This document shows positions 18,387 through 29,918 of a stretch of 64,000 nucleotides of DNA, one piece after another. Origin of the DNA: Cyanobacteria bacterium P01_A01_bin.123 (GTDB lineage: Bacteria > Cyanobacteriota > Cyanobacteriia > Phormidesmidales > Phormidesmidaceae); contig JBCBZT010000004.1 in assembly GCA_039815185.1 (NCBI GenBank), forward strand, positions 96,001 to 160,000. Direction: 5' to 3'. Numbering within the stretch: the stretch's first letter is position 1; each line of letters starts with the position of its first letter. The translations under genes and the position numbers were made by a program. A model generated the notes under the pieces. It saw only the letters and a program-made list of their open reading frames with translations. It had not been told where the DNA came from and searched no databases.

Positions 18387-19207
18387 CGCTGTCCCCCCGC
18401 CTTAGAGCCAGGGATAGCGCCGCGACGATTGCCCTGGTTAGACTCTCGCAAAAATGTTCGTAAGTGATGAACATGGCTATTGTCGCTAAAGTCTGCTTCC
18501 AGCTTTGTCAGGGCTTCTTCGAACGTCAGCCCACTGCGATAGAGAATTCGATAGGCCTGCTTCAATTCTTTATAGGATCGACCATTATCTTCATCAACGA
18601 CCCCGGCTCGCTGTAATCCGACTTGGTTAAGGCGACGAACCCGACTCGGGTTGCCTTCTACGATCATGTAAGGGGGCACATCCCGATCCACACGGGTCAT
18701 GCCTGCGACCATGGCGTATCGCCCAATGTGAACAAACTGGTGCACCCCCACAATGCCGGCCAACCGGGCATAGGACTCGACATGGATATGTCCGGCCAAG
18801 GCGACCGAGTTGGCAATAATGACATGATCACGAATCACACAGTTATGGGCCACATGGGAGTAGGCCATGAACAGGTTGCCATTGCCAATGGTGGTCACTT
18901 CTCCGGCCAGGGTTGGGCGATTAATCGTGACATATTCTCGAATCAGATTGTCATTGCCAATTTTGACAGGACTCGTCGATCCGTCGTACTTCAAATCTTG
19001 GGGTTCCAATCCAATGGCAGCCCCTGGAAAGATTTTGTTGCGTTCACCAATATTGGTGTAGCCGTCAATCACCACATGGGCACCCACCACTGTGCCTGCG
19101 CCTAAAGTCACTTGTTCACCAATGACTGCATAGGGGCCAACCGTAGCACTAGGATGTAGAGTCGCGCCGGAGTGAATCACGGCAGTAGGATGAATCAGCG
19201 TAGTCAA
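18383..19207 (-). CDS. lpxA: UDP-N-acetylglucosamine O-acyltransferase
   Basis: Hexapeptide repeats; PQDLKY, HVAHNC and VHQF motifs. Confidence 0.97.
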   Translation of the reverse strand: MTTLIHPTAVIHSGATLHPSATVGPYAVIGEQVTLGAGTVVGAHVVIDGYTNIGERNKIFPGAAIGLEPQDLKYDGSTSPVKIGNDNLIREYVTINRPTLAGEVTTIGNGNLFMAYSHVAHNCVIRDHVIIANSVALAGHIHVESYARLAGIVGVHQFVHIGRYAMVAGMTRVDRDVPPYMIVEGNPSRVRRLNQVGLQRAGVVDEDNGRSYKELKQAYRILYRSGLTFEEALTKLEADFSDNSHVHHLRTFLRESNQGNRRGAIPGSKAGGQR

Positions 19208-19260
19208 GGCAGATCTCCGGAAGTCAGCTTAAGGGGATGCACAGCCAAAGCAGTAGTCAA

Positions 19261-19770
19261 TTAGTCGACAACGGAGAACATGAGTTCCCCTTCACAGGCT
19301 AACCCACCATTGACTTCAGCGATGGCTCGCATTTTGCCAAACCGCTTACGCTTTAGCGCCAAGAGCTCCACCGTCATCACCAGCTGATCACCAGGTACTA
19401 CCGGACGGCGAAACCGGACTTTGTCAATACCAGCAAATAGACAAAGCCCATTTACGCCTGGAAGTTGGGTCAGCACAATACCACCCACCTGGGCCATGGC
19501 TTCAACAATTAAAACCCCAGGCATAATTGGGCGGCCGGGAAAATGCCCTTGGAAGTGAGGCTCGTTGAAGGTGACATTTTTAATACCGACGGCTTTTTCC
19601 CCAGGGACAAAGTCAATGATTCGATCTACTAGTGCAAAAGGATAGCGATGGGGCAGGAGTGCCTGAATCTCCTCTAAGGTAAAGGTTGTTTGCACCACAG
19701 GGGGCGTGGCAGGTTCAGTGTGAGCCTGAGCCGTATTTTCTGGAGAATTGGTATTAGCTAATGTAGACAT
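19261..19770 (-). CDS. fabZ: 3-hydroxyacyl-ACP dehydratase
   Basis: [12 protein letters not shown] and [22 protein letters not shown] motifs. Confidence 0.97.
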   Translation of the reverse strand: MSTLANTNSPENTAQAHTEPATPPVVQTTFTLEEIQALLPHRYPFALVDRIIDFVPGEKAVGIKNVTFNEPHFQGHFPGRPIMPGVLIVEAMAQVGGIVLTQLPGVNGLCLFAGIDKVRFRRPVVPGDQLVMTVELLALKRKRFGKMRAIAEVNGGLACEGELMFSVVD

Positions 19771-20062
19771 AAACCTTGTTCAATCAAGCAGGACAAAACG
19801 GGAACACCCCCATGGATAACCCTAGTCTTAAGCCCGAACCCATTATGGTTTGAGTGCACAATCACTGGGGTTCAGCCAGAACAGGATTCAACCTATAAGA
19901 TTCTCCCATTTGGTTGCCCTCCTAGCTAGTCAAAGCTTGGGATTGGCATTTATCAAAGGGGCAAAAGCCAGAATGCAGAATCAGCCGTAAACAGGATTTA
20001 AGCTCAAAGAACTTAGGTGACTTTTCCTTGACTCCTGACTTCTGAATGCTCGATTTTCAAGG

Positions 20063-20977
20063 CTAAAGAACATGCTGGGGCGTAGTCTCAATCGCGACAC
20101 TCAATTGCTTAGCGAACTGAGCATGGAGTTGGTGACTGGCTTTATAGGCAACGATATGCATTGGGGGCAATGGGCCAACTAGGCTGAGATCGCCCACTAA
20201 ATCGAGCAATTTATGCCGGGCAGGTTCGTTATCAAACCGCAGGGGGGGGTTGATCCAACCCGTTTCACTGCAAACTAGCGCGTTGTCTAAGCTGCCGCCT
20301 TTAATCAACCCTTGTTGGCGCAGAGCTTCAATCTGGTGGGCCAGGCCAAAGGTGCGGGCTGGGGCGATCGCGTCGGCAAAGCTTTCTGCTGACATCGGTG
20401 ACCAACTATGCCACTGGTTACCAATGGCAGCCAAGTCGAAATCAATCCCGTAGGTCAATCGCAACTGAGGCGAGGGTACAGCGCTGACGAAGGCATCCCC
20501 TTGTTGCAACGTTATGGGTTCTGATAATTGAACCGTATGGCGTTGAGCAGATTGGGGCGTAACGCCAACGGCGGCGATCGCATTCACCCATTCCAACGCT
20601 GAGCCATCTAGTAGTGGTAGCTCTGGGCCATCCACTTCAATTCGGACATTATCAATGCCTAGCCCCCAAAGGGTAGCCAGCAAATGCTCAACGGTGCGCA
20701 CTGTGGCCTCACCCTGGCGCAGTTCAGTAGACAAGATAGTTTGGTGAACTGTAGAGAGCTGGGCTGAGATTTCTGGCTGTCCGGGTAAATCTACCCGGAC
20801 AAAGACGCGACCCTGATCGGCATCGGCAGGCAAGATGCGAACCTGGATATGATGCCCTGAGTGCAACCCTATGCCAGTGCACTCAATGGTCGTGGCCACA
20901 GTATGTTGTTCCGTAACCATCACCCCAGGTTTAAGCGGATTGGTCAAAAACGTAGAACTAGCGATTGATTCGGGCAT
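20063..20977 (-). CDS. lpxC: UDP-3-O-acyl-N-acetylglucosamine deacetylase
   Basis: [24 protein letters not shown] and [10 protein letters not shown] motifs. Confidence 0.97.
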   Translation of the reverse strand: MPESIASSTFLTNPLKPGVMVTEQHTVATTIECTGIGLHSGHHIQVRILPADADQGRVFVRVDLPGQPEISAQLSTVHQTILSTELRQGEATVRTVEHLLATLWGLGIDNVRIEVDGPELPLLDGSALEWVNAIAAVGVTPQSAQRHTVQLSEPITLQQGDAFVSAVPSPQLRLTYGIDFDLAAIGNQWHSWSPMSAESFADAIAPARTFGLAHQIEALRQQGLIKGGSLDNALVCSETGWINPPLRFDNEPARHKLLDLVGDLSLVGPLPPMHIVAYKASHQLHAQFAKQLSVAIETTPQHVL

Positions 20978-23346
20978 TAGAACCGCTCCCCAATACCAAA
21001 GTGGATACGTCCTTCACCATTATCGTTAAAACCGTAATCAACCCGTAGCGGTCCAAGTGGCGTCTGCACCCGAACCCCGGCACCGTAGCCAAATCCACTG
21101 CCCTGTTTACCTCGAACTGGGCCTGGGCTGCCGAGCACTGCAAATCCGCTACCTAAATCAGTGGCTGCATCAACAAAAAATGCCCCGCCAATGAAAGAGA
21201 AGATGGGGAAGCGATATTCTGCTGAAGCCTGTAAGTAGCTACGACCGCTAGCAAGTCCGCCTTCACTGAAACCGCGAACGGAGTTAGTACCGCCTAGGGC
21301 AAAGGCTTCATAGGGGGGTAAATCGCCTAGCACCGTCCCTCCCTGAACGTTAAACGCAAACGCCTGCGGCCCATCCGTAAAGTTGATTAAACTGACCGGG
21401 ATGTAATAGCTGTAGCTGGCCTGCACGCGATTGAGGAAAATATTGCCCAGACCAAGGGGAATAGATTGCTCTGTACTGACTCGCAAAATTGATCCTTGGG
21501 TAGGATTAAGCGAATTGTTGCGTAAGTCTCGCACTAAGCCCAATCGGACTGTCCACAGGTCATCCTGACCAATACCACTCAGGCTTAAAGGGTTCCCTAG
21601 TTCATCTGCGGTTGCAATTGACCCCCCTGCGAACCGGGTCGAAACTCGCTGTACTTGCGTGCCCAGAGAACCTGACCAGCCCCCCCCAAGCGGACGACCA
21701 AAGGTTACCCCGGCCCCAAAACGGTTCACCCGAACTTCGTCACCATTGACTAAGTCAACGTCAATTGGGCCATTATCAAACACTAGGGAAATGGAGCGCC
21801 GAGAAAAAGCATTAACCGTGTATGAGGTGCGGTTCGGGTCGCCTGCAATCCAGGGGTCGGTAAAACTAACGTCAAATAAAAGGTCACGGAAACTGAGCTG
21901 GGTTTCTGCCGAGAACTTTTGATTATTACCCCCAAAGTTGTCTTGACGGTAACTGACGGTACCAAACAGATCGCCTGTAAAGTTAAAACCCAACCCGGCA
22001 GCCACTGACCCCGTGCTACGCTCAATCACGTTGACCACTACATTGACCCTGCGGTTGTCTACCCGTTCTAGGGACAAACGGACATCGTCAAAAATGCCCA
22101 AACCAAAGACGCGCTCTAGGTCTTGCTGAATATCCGATTCGTTGAACACATCCCCCGGCTGGGATTCAAATTCGCGGGTAACGATAAAGTCGCGGGTGAC
22201 CCCCTGTACCGGATTCCCCTCATCGTCGGTCGGCGAACCCTCTGAGTTGAGGAACCGTACATCAATGTTGTCGATAACGCCCTCCGCCACAATCAGCGTT
22301 ACCGTGCCATCGGCAGCAACACGGGGGGCAGCAGTCACTTCAGCCAAGACATAGCCATTATCTTGATACCACTGGTTGAGAGCTAGGATGCCGTTTTGGA
22401 AATCAATCAGATTAATGATCCGTCCGTATTGATCTGCGAAAATCTCATCCACAACCTCTGGGGGCAAGACCTCGGTGTTTGTCACCTCTACCGTACGCAA
22501 AATGGGGTTAGGCTGTACTACAAATGTGACCCGTACCCCCAAAGGCGTGTCTTCTGGAACGGCTTGAACATTGGCAAAGAAGCCAGTCTCAAAGATGCTG
22601 TTGATATCTTGTTGGAGCTGCGATCGCGTGGTGTCACGTCCTGGTCGGGTACTAATCGCGTCGTAAACCTCGTCTTCGAGTTCCGGGGGCAGGGTTGTTT
22701 CATCGACGCCGATAACTTCAACTTCTGCAACGAGCACGCGGGGCTCTTCTTCTGCCTCCTGCTGGGAGTCCTCAAGGGGATCGGGACTGGGCTGAGCGTC
22801 TTCCCCATCCTCTGTGTCTTCGCCCTCCATTTCAGTTGGAGTCTCTATTTCATCACTGGCGTCAGTGTCTTCAGGTGCTTCGATGTCTTCAGGTGCTTCA
22901 GCGTCTCCGGGCGTTTCGGGATCTTCAGCGTCTTCGGGTGCCGTCGGTGGGAAGGCATCTTCGGGGACTTGACTCACCTGGGTTGCTGTGTCGTCTGGAG
23001 TCGCTAGATCTTCTAGAGACATCGGTTCGCCTAGGGCATCAGCAGCGAGTTCACCCGGATTGTCTGATCGGGTGTTGCCTATTGTTCTCTGGGTTGGCAT
23101 CGCAACAGGGGCTGATACTGCCTCAGAAATCACAACCGCTGGAGTCAACAGATGATGAAGATCGGGCTGAACAGAGGCTGGTGCGGCCGCATCATGATCA
23201 GCAGCAGCCGGAGCGGATGCAGGCTCAACTGCAGAGACCGCAGTCGCAGCGGAAGATTCACTAAGGGTTTGCCCCTGGGCGCGATCGCAGAAGCCCCACG
23301 CCGCAGAAATCGTCATTAAAGCCAAAAAAGCTGGAGATAGGCGCAT
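20977..23346 (-). CDS. bamA: Omp85/BamA outer membrane protein assembly factor
   Basis: Signal peptide, acidic linker, POTRA domains, SVRGF motif and C-terminal HFGIGERF. Confidence 0.93.
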   Translation of the reverse strand: MRLSPAFLALMTISAAWGFCDRAQGQTLSESSAATAVSAVEPASAPAAADHDAAAPASVQPDLHHLLTPAVVISEAVSAPVAMPTQRTIGNTRSDNPGELAADALGEPMSLEDLATPDDTATQVSQVPEDAFPPTAPEDAEDPETPGDAEAPEDIEAPEDTDASDEIETPTEMEGEDTEDGEDAQPSPDPLEDSQQEAEEEPRVLVAEVEVIGVDETTLPPELEDEVYDAISTRPGRDTTRSQLQQDINSIFETGFFANVQAVPEDTPLGVRVTFVVQPNPILRTVEVTNTEVLPPEVVDEIFADQYGRIINLIDFQNGILALNQWYQDNGYVLAEVTAAPRVAADGTVTLIVAEGVIDNIDVRFLNSEGSPTDDEGNPVQGVTRDFIVTREFESQPGDVFNESDIQQDLERVFGLGIFDDVRLSLERVDNRRVNVVVNVIERSTGSVAAGLGFNFTGDLFGTVSYRQDNFGGNNQKFSAETQLSFRDLLFDVSFTDPWIAGDPNRTSYTVNAFSRRSISLVFDNGPIDVDLVNGDEVRVNRFGAGVTFGRPLGGGWSGSLGTQVQRVSTRFAGGSIATADELGNPLSLSGIGQDDLWTVRLGLVRDLRNNSLNPTQGSILRVSTEQSIPLGLGNIFLNRVQASYSYYIPVSLINFTDGPQAFAFNVQGGTVLGDLPPYEAFALGGTNSVRGFSEGGLASGRSYLQASAEYRFPIFSFIGGAFFVDAATDLGSGFAVLGSPGPVRGKQGSGFGYGAGVRVQTPLGPLRVDYGFNDNGEGRIHFGIGERF

Positions 23347-23367
23347 TACTAGTTACTCGTTCAGACA

Positions 23368-23380
23368 TCCACACACCACA
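23368..23380 (-). promoter_or_regulatory. Putative Yfr1 sRNA pairing site in the bamA 5' UTR
   Basis: mRNA UGUGGUGUGUGGA, 22-34 nt upstream of the ATG, is complementary to the recalled Yfr1 core CUCCUCACACCACAC. Confidence 0.5.
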
Positions 23381-23520
23381 ACAAGCGACCCCACTCCTTA
23401 AATCTGAAAACGTTAATCGGTTAAGTTAACGCATTCTTACTAACTTAAAAGTGAGATAACTCAATTGAAACGATGAAACATTTCGCATCAAACGGGAAGA
23501 TCTTACCGCATGAACAGAAC

Positions 23521-24255
23521 CTACAGTTTACTGGCCTGTGCCAGAACCCTATCTAGCACTGCTTGGTAAGCGGCTTCAACGCCGCCAAGATCTTGACGGA
23601 ATCTATCTTTATCCATAACCCGTTGACGTTCATCTGCTTCTGCTTGGTTCCATAGACGACAAGTGTCGGGGCTGATTTCGTCGGCCAAAAGCATTGCGCC
23701 TGAGGCATCTAGGCCGAACTCTAATTTAAAGTCGACCAGAGTAATATCGCACTGATCAAAAAAGGCCAATAGGTGAGTATTAATTTGCAATGCTAGGGAT
23801 TCTAGTTGGCTGACCTGATCTGTTGTGGCTAGGGCCATGACCCGTAAGCGATCGCGCGTCAGCAGCGGATCACCTAGATCATCATTTTTGTAGTAAAACT
23901 CCACCAATGGCGGCGTCAATACCGTGCCCAAGGCCAAACCTGTTTGGCGACACAAGCTCCCGGCTGCCAAATTGCGCACCACCACTTCTAAGGGAATGAT
24001 GTTGACGGCTTTAACCTGCATCTCGCGAGCGCTTGGGGTCGAGAGCCAATGGGTAGCAATGCCTTTGCGCTCCAATAATTGAAATAAATGGGTTGAGATG
24101 GCGCAGTTCATCTGTCCCTTGCCCTGGATACGGCCTCGCTTTTGTGCATTAAAGGCCGTGGCGTCGTCCTTGAAATAGGTCAGCAGTATGTTGGGGTCTT
24201 CGGTAGCATAGACAATTTTTGCCTTGCCTTCGTAGAGTTTTGGGGCCGTAGACAT
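23521..24255 (-). CDS. purC: SAICAR synthase
   Basis: LYEGKAK, IPLEVVVRN, LVDFKLEFG and LADEISPDTCRLW motifs. Confidence 0.97.
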   Translation of the reverse strand: MSTAPKLYEGKAKIVYATEDPNILLTYFKDDATAFNAQKRGRIQGKGQMNCAISTHLFQLLERKGIATHWLSTPSAREMQVKAVNIIPLEVVVRNLAAGSLCRQTGLALGTVLTPPLVEFYYKNDDLGDPLLTRDRLRVMALATTDQVSQLESLALQINTHLLAFFDQCDITLVDFKLEFGLDASGAMLLADEISPDTCRLWNQAEADERQRVMDKDRFRQDLGGVEAAYQAVLDRVLAQASKL

Positions 24256-24313
24256 GATTAAAAATTAACTTTGGGAAAGCGCTAGGGAACCCCATTATCC
24301 TACGCTTTCCCTA

Positions 24314-25363
24314 TCAATCCTCAAATTCTTCGGTCGTTACTACGTCTTCAGCTGCCTTCGTGATATCAGGTTTTAGGTTTTGGCGAACCTGCTCCTCAAC
24401 GGTCTGAGCAACCTCTGGATTATCTTGCAGATACTGAATGGTGTTGTCGCGGCCTTGCCCCACATTGCTGCCGTTATAGCTATACCAAGCACCCTTACGG
24501 GTAACGATGCCCTGCTCTTCAGCCATGTCGAGTAAGCAACCGATGGTGGAGATGCCTTGACCAAAGAGGATATCAAACTCGGCAATGCGAAAGGGGGGTG
24601 CCACTTTATTTTTTGCCACTTTCACCTTGGCCCGAATACCGTATTGATCATTCCCTTTTTTCAGCGTTTGAATCCGACGAATGTCAAGGCGAACTGAAGC
24701 ATAAAACTTGAGGGCATTGCCCCCAGTGGTGGTTTCGGGGTTGCCATACATCACGCCAATTTTTTGCCGCAGTTGGTTGAGAAACACCACCGTACATTGG
24801 GATTTGCCGATATTCCCGGTGATCTTTCGCAGGGCTTGGCTCATCAGTCGCGCCTGCAAGCCCACATGGGCATCCCCCATTTCTCCTTCGATCTCAGCAC
24901 GGGGAGTGAGGGCGGCTACAGAGTCGATCACGATAATGTCGATGGCAGAAGATCGAACCAGCTGATCCACAATTTCTAGCCCCATTTCCCCAGTATCAGG
25001 CTGGGAGACTAGCAAATTGTCGATATCAACCCCCAACGCCTCGGCATACACTGGGTCGAGGGCATGCTCTGCATCCACAAACGCGGCTACCCCACCTGCC
25101 TTTTGCACCTCCGCTACGGCATGCAGGGCAACGGTAGTTTTACCCGAACTCTCTGGCCCATAAATTTCAATCACCCGACCTTTAGGCAAGCCACCGCCTA
25201 AGGCAACATCCAGCGTGAGTGCCCCAGTCGGAATTGTGGCCACCTGCATCCGCCCCGCCTCACCCAAGCGCATGATGGAGCCTTTGCCAAAGTTGCGCTC
25301 GATTTGATTGAGCACCATCCCTAGCGCTTTTTGCTTTTCGGAGGATTCGTTTTTGGATGCCAT
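24314..25363 (-). CDS. recA: Recombinase RecA
   Basis: [23 protein letters not shown] and KNKVAPPF motifs; no intein. Confidence 0.99.
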   Translation of the reverse strand: MASKNESSEKQKALGMVLNQIERNFGKGSIMRLGEAGRMQVATIPTGALTLDVALGGGLPKGRVIEIYGPESSGKTTVALHAVAEVQKAGGVAAFVDAEHALDPVYAEALGVDIDNLLVSQPDTGEMGLEIVDQLVRSSAIDIIVIDSVAALTPRAEIEGEMGDAHVGLQARLMSQALRKITGNIGKSQCTVVFLNQLRQKIGVMYGNPETTTGGNALKFYASVRLDIRRIQTLKKGNDQYGIRAKVKVAKNKVAPPFRIAEFDILFGQGISTIGCLLDMAEEQGIVTRKGAWYSYNGSNVGQGRDNTIQYLQDNPEVAQTVEEQVRQNLKPDITKAAEDVVTTEEFED

Positions 25364-25441
25364 GGTTATTTGGGTCTATGTAGGGTACTCAACGTGAACC
25401 TAGCGTAGGGTAACACTAGATCTAGGGAAAGAGTGCAGATC

Positions 25442-25455
25442 TATACTATAGTACT
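25442..25455 (-). promoter_or_regulatory. Possible LexA box upstream of recA
   Basis: Minus strand AGTAC-TAT-AGTATA is an imperfect match to the cyanobacterial RGTAC-N3-DGTWCB consensus. Confidence 0.35.
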
Positions 25456-25579
25456 CTTGAACTAAATTGAATGCAAATAACTTTGATCAATTGATGGGGC
25501 TAGACATTTTGCACTGGGTCGAAGTCTACACCCCTACGATATTCTTCCCTCAACGCTTCGCAAATTCCAATGCTCGTCT

Positions 25580-26425
25580 CTATTGGCTCACAATCCCCGA
25601 CCATTGCACCTTCTTCTCCTGGGTGCGGCGGTAGGAGAAGAAGCGACCGGGTTCTTGGTAGGTGCAGTGGGGCGCGATCGCGATCTGGGCATCTGCAAAC
25701 CCAAGCTGCTTCAGTTGAAGGACATTAATGCGGCGGACATCCAGACGGGCACGACCAGGCTGGGAGTCATTCAAAACTGGCGGATTGTCGAAGCTACGCA
25801 AGTGTTGGAGCAGGTCGTCTGGATGGGGGAATTGCCCAGTAGCAACAACAGTCTGGCCGACCTCAGCCGCAACGTGGGTAGAGACTTGGTAAACTTCTCC
25901 TGCGATCGCAGGCCCAATTGCCACTCGTAAATCTTCAACCTGGTTACCCTGCTTTAACAGACGCTGTACCGCAACCGGGACGATTTTGAGAGCTGTGCCG
26001 CGCCAACCGGCATGAATGGCCGCAACCTGTCGGGTTTGACAGTTGGCGATCAGTACCGGGTTGCAATCTGCAGAGCAAACCCAAGCTGATTGTCTAGGGG
26101 CATCGGTCACAATACCGTCGGCTGGCGGGCGTTGTGGCAAACTTTCTGGGGGGCTTTCGAGTTGTGAATTCGGGGGTTGGGTAGCCACCGCAATCGTAGC
26201 TGAAGCTTTCTCAAGCATCTGCGGTATTTCGGCAGGGGTAAGCACTGTATTGCCATGAACTTGCTTTACCCGATGGACGGTAGCATTGGGCTGAAGTGCA
26301 TCAATCAGCGTCTCTGGTGTTTGGGGCCAAAATTGATGGGTAAAAAAGCCGTGGGGCCAATCCGCTAATAGGTCACAAGTGAGGAAGGGCGCACCGTCCC
26401 AAGACTGCCAGTGCCAAGTGTGCAT
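25580..26425 (-). CDS. pgeF: PgeF/YfiH (purine nucleoside phosphorylase/laccase-domain) protein
   Basis: KQVHG, SADCNPVL, AIHAGWRG, IGPAI and FFSYRR motifs. Confidence 0.92.
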   Translation of the reverse strand: MHTWHWQSWDGAPFLTCDLLADWPHGFFTHQFWPQTPETLIDALQPNATVHRVKQVHGNTVLTPAEIPQMLEKASATIAVATQPPNSQLESPPESLPQRPPADGIVTDAPRQSAWVCSADCNPVLIANCQTRQVAAIHAGWRGTALKIVPVAVQRLLKQGNQVEDLRVAIGPAIAGEVYQVSTHVAAEVGQTVVATGQFPHPDDLLQHLRSFDNPPVLNDSQPGRARLDVRRINVLQLKQLGFADAQIAIAPHCTYQEPGRFFSYRRTQEKKVQWSGIVSQ

Positions 26426-26589
26426 GAGGTTAATCGTGCGAGCTGGATGAAATTTGCAAGTTACAACAAGTTGTCCTTTTACGTTAGACGATTTCTTGCA
26501 GAATTAAGGTATGGTACCAACCCTGCCACCCACATCATAGGCAATGGCCAAAGTTGGACTAAGATCTGGGATATCTCTTTCAGGTTGAC

Positions 26590-27007
26590 TGCATGTCGTA
26601 TTCACCATCATCGCATTGGCTTTTTTTCTGGGATTGATTTCACTGTCGATCCGTCACGGGGATTAAACGGAGCATGTGATTTCATTCTCACGGCCAGTAG
26701 TGAACAGTCTATTTTGACTGCCCCGGTGATGACCATCGTGGAAGCCAAAAACGAAAATCTCAAAAGTGGTCTGAGTCAATGTGTGGCGCAAATGGTAGCG
26801 GCTCAATGCTACAACGAGCGAGAGGGGACACCCCAATCTGCAATCTATGGTGCAGTTGCCACGGGAACCAACTGGAAGTTTTTGATCCTGAAGGATACGA
26901 CCGTACAAGTTGACTTGAGTGAATACTACATTACCCAAATCGATCAAATCCTGGGCATTTTGGCTTCCCCCCTAACTCCCCAACCTGCCATCAGCGTTGC
27001 CTCTTGA
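26590..27007 (+). pseudogene. 5'-truncated cyanobacterial PD-(D/E)XK-like protein
   Basis: FSGIDFTVD..GLNGACDFI...IVEAKNENLKSGLSQCVAQMVAAQ..YGAVATGTNWKF is the C-terminal half of a common ~200-aa cyanobacterial family; the upstream ORF sequence is unrelated and has no convincing in-frame start. Confidence 0.55.
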
Positions 27008-27017
27008 TTGTTGATGA

Positions 27018-27311
27018 CTAGCTCCAGTCTTCACCCTTAGAGCGTGCGCCACGTCCTTTGTAAACTTCCGCTTTTTGATGAATCGCACGGGTTTTTTCAA
27101 ACAGGATATCCTCTGTTAATTTCCAAAGCTTGAGGATCTTGTCCAAATCTGTCTGAATGTCATAGGCACCGGGAAACCCCTTGTAGCGGGTGCGGAGGCG
27201 AGCGAGTTCGGCCAAATGGTAGTCATCGGGTTCTGCTTGCAGAAGGGTTGCAACAACTTGGCGATCGCTGCGGTATTGGGGATGCTGCTGTTCTTTTGAC
27301 TGTTCGCCCAT
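27018..27311 (-). CDS. DUF3288 family protein
   Basis: QQHPQ..DR and LAELARLRTRYKGFPGA motifs. Confidence 0.85.
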   Translation of the reverse strand: MGEQSKEQQHPQYRSDRQVVATLLQAEPDDYHLAELARLRTRYKGFPGAYDIQTDLDKILKLWKLTEDILFEKTRAIHQKAEVYKGRGARSKGEDWS

Positions 27312-27413
27312 GGTGTGACTGTTCTCAATCTAATAGTAGGAAGGGAAGATAGTGGCTCTATCAGTATGCGATAGATTATCGGAGAGGACGGTCAGGGATA
27401 TTAGAGTAAATTT

Positions 27414-28889
27414 TTGAAATTTGTGTTGAGGAGATCGGGATTAATGGTCTGGAAATGGCTGGGGGGATTAGCGCTGCTGGGATTGCTCAGCCATGGCAGC
27501 ATTGCTCAGGCAGAAATTTGTGAGGCGGATTTAGACGCGCGGGTGGAAGCCATCCTGGCTGAAGAGCCAGCCTTACAGCGATCGCGGTTGGGCATCCGAG
27601 TAGAAACATTGGGCGATCGCAGACTGGTTTATGGTCGCGATGATCAGCACTTTTTTGTGCCTGCATCGAATATGAAGCTGTTTACCACCGCTGCTGCCCT
27701 CCAGGCGTTGGGCCCCGACTTTCGTATGCGGACTGTGGTGCAAGGAACAACCAGCGAATTTGGCCTGACCACGTTGCGAGTTGTTGGACAAGGTGACCCC
27801 AGCTTTAACGATCGGCAACTGGCTGACTTAGCTGAACAGCTCAAACGTCAGGGGATTCAGCAGGTCAGTGAATTAATTGGCGATGATACCTACTTTTCGG
27901 GTTCGGCGGTCAATCAAAACTGGGAATGGGAAGACGTGCAGGCGGGCTACGGGGCTCCGGTCAACAGCCTGATTTTGAATCGCAATGAAATCGGCATGAC
28001 CTTCTATCCCCAAGCGGCAGGACAACCCGTAAGGCTGGAATGGGATGATCCGGCGATCGCGGGGGATTGGCAAGTCGTCAATAATTCCACTACCCTGGCG
28101 TCGGGCGAACCGGGGTATGTCTATGTGGGCCGTGATTTGAGCCGACCCATTCTCTATGTACGGGGTAGTTTGGTCGCGGGTGGCAGCAGCGATACGGCGG
28201 CGATCGCGATTCCGGATCCGGCCAATTACTTTTTGCAGCGCTTTCAACTTGAATTGGCAGAAGTAGGCATTAGCGTCAATCGCACCAGTGTCAGTCCTCA
28301 ACCCAACGTGTCACCTTTACCCGAACTGGCCGCTGTTGACTCACCAGCACTCGCCCAACTGATGGAGGCCATCAACCGCGACAGCGAAAATATCTACGCT
28401 GAAGCTGTGTTGAAAACGCTGGGTGTCCACCAGGCTCAAACCCGACCTAGGGAAGCCAGTCAATCGGGAACTGCGGCAGTAAAGCGTATCCTCCAAGACA
28501 TGGGGGTAGATCCGGAAAGCTACGTACAAGTAGATGGTTCAGGGCTGTCGCGCCACAATTTGGCCACACCCACTGCGCTAGTTTCAGTGCTACAAGCGAT
28601 GGATCAAACGCCAAACGCGGCTGTCTATCGCAATTCTCTTTCCCAAGCTGGGATTAACGGCACGCTGCGCAATAGCTTTCGTAACAGCGCGATCGTAGAA
28701 CAGCTCTGGGGCAAAAGCGGCTGGCTCAGCCGCAATGCGGCCCTATCAGGCTACGTCAACCCGCCTAACTATCCGCCTTTAGTTTTTAGCATCTTGCTCA
28801 ACAATGCCGATACCCGCAGCTCAGTCATCGGTCGGGCCATGGATGATGTGGTGCTTCTGCTAGCCGATTTACATGTTTGTGGAGACTAA
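27414..28889 (+). CDS. dacB: D-alanyl-D-alanine carboxypeptidase/endopeptidase (PBP4, peptidase S13)
   Basis: PASNMKL (SxxK), SEN (SxN), DGSGLSRHN and KSG motifs. Confidence 0.93.
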   Translation: MKFVLRRSGLMVWKWLGGLALLGLLSHGSIAQAEICEADLDARVEAILAEEPALQRSRLGIRVETLGDRRLVYGRDDQHFFVPASNMKLFTTAAALQALGPDFRMRTVVQGTTSEFGLTTLRVVGQGDPSFNDRQLADLAEQLKRQGIQQVSELIGDDTYFSGSAVNQNWEWEDVQAGYGAPVNSLILNRNEIGMTFYPQAAGQPVRLEWDDPAIAGDWQVVNNSTTLASGEPGYVYVGRDLSRPILYVRGSLVAGGSSDTAAIAIPDPANYFLQRFQLELAEVGISVNRTSVSPQPNVSPLPELAAVDSPALAQLMEAINRDSENIYAEAVLKTLGVHQAQTRPREASQSGTAAVKRILQDMGVDPESYVQVDGSGLSRHNLATPTALVSVLQAMDQTPNAAVYRNSLSQAGINGTLRNSFRNSAIVEQLWGKSGWLSRNAALSGYVNPPNYPPLVFSILLNNADTRSSVIGRAMDDVVLLLADLHVCGD

Positions 28890-28919
28890 TACATCCCCCA
28901 TTGTGCGGCTATTCGGGTG

Positions 28920-29918
28920 CTAGAGCATGTCGGGAAAAACCTCTGGTGAGAACATCCGCCAGAGCGCATTGTGATACGGTTCGTAGTACTTTGAATCTTC
29001 TGAGTTGGCGTAGGTTTCAAACTCTTTAGCCATGAGATTAATCATCTGTCGCACCAACTCCCAACCCACTTGAAGCGTCGGATAAAGCATGACGCATAAG
29101 GGAAATAGCTCTTGGGTAATCGGTGAAATATTTTTCTCCAGCACACAGGTCCACAAGTAGACTTGGAACATTTCGACATCTCGAAGGCTAGAAATACGAA
29201 CGGTTTTGCTATCCAACCGACCAGTGTGGCAATGATAGTTGGTGTAAAGTCGGTTCACTCTATCGACAATGTTACGGGCGATTGTCGTGCTATGGGGTAA
29301 GAAACGCTGGACAACCCTTAACCGAGGACTGCCGTAGGCGTAATTGGCTGCTGCCTCATAGGCACGATGTAAGGGCATGTACAGATGATCATCAACGACC
29401 TTGAAATAATCCGTTAATGCGTCTTGCTCGGTACTGGGCGCCTTGGAGAGCATGATTTGCCCGCAATAGTGGAACTGCATGCTCACAAATCCAATGGTTT
29501 TCGGATCGACCGACGTGTAGCGCTTGCGGGCCTGACCAATATCAGCGGAAATCATCACCGAAAGGCGCTGAGGAGGAACGTTTTGGGCATAGGCCGTCAA
29601 CGCCTTCTCGTAGATTTCGTGAACGTCTTTAGCAACTGCCCAAGGATCAATTAGGGAAGGATCAATCTGATGCCGCTGGACTTCGTAAGATAGCAGGGAT
29701 TCTGTTTGGGTCCAGGCTTGAGCACTGGCAGATCTGAGGTCTGAGAGTAACCGAGATGACAGCTCAGAACGGGGTTGATTTGCTTCGGAGTTGCTGAGTA
29801 ACTCGTCTTGCTTCTTAAGACTGGCAACGTATTTTTGAGCCCATAACTCTGAGAGATGGGCTGGATCGTTTTTTTGTAAATCCCCTGTGAGCTGAACTGC
29901 ATTACTGTTATTCATCAC
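28920..29918 (-). CDS. Conserved cyanobacterial hypothetical protein, possibly with a phycobiliprotein-like C-terminal domain
   Basis: 332-aa ORF; LWAQKYV, FKVVDDHLYMPL and RDVEMFQVYLW motifs recalled from cyanobacterial hypotheticals. Confidence 0.7.
   Translation of the reverse strand: MMNNSNAVQLTGDLQKNDPAHLSELWAQKYVASLKKQDELLSNSEANQPRSELSSRLLSDLRSASAQAWTQTESLLSYEVQRHQIDPSLIDPWAVAKDVHEIYEKALTAYAQNVPPQRLSVMISADIGQARKRYTSVDPKTIGFVSMQFHYCGQIMLSKAPSTEQDALTDYFKVVDDHLYMPLHRAYEAAANYAYGSPRLRVVQRFLPHSTTIARNIVDRVNRLYTNYHCHTGRLDSKTVRISSLRDVEMFQVYLWTCVLEKNISPITQELFPLCVMLYPTLQVGWELVRQMINLMAKEFETYANSEDSKYYEPYHNALWRMFSPEVFPDML

Noticed and set aside
22860..22945. 18-nt tandem repeats in bamA
   Set aside because: They encode the acidic APED linker, an ordinary low-complexity region of cyanobacterial Omp85.
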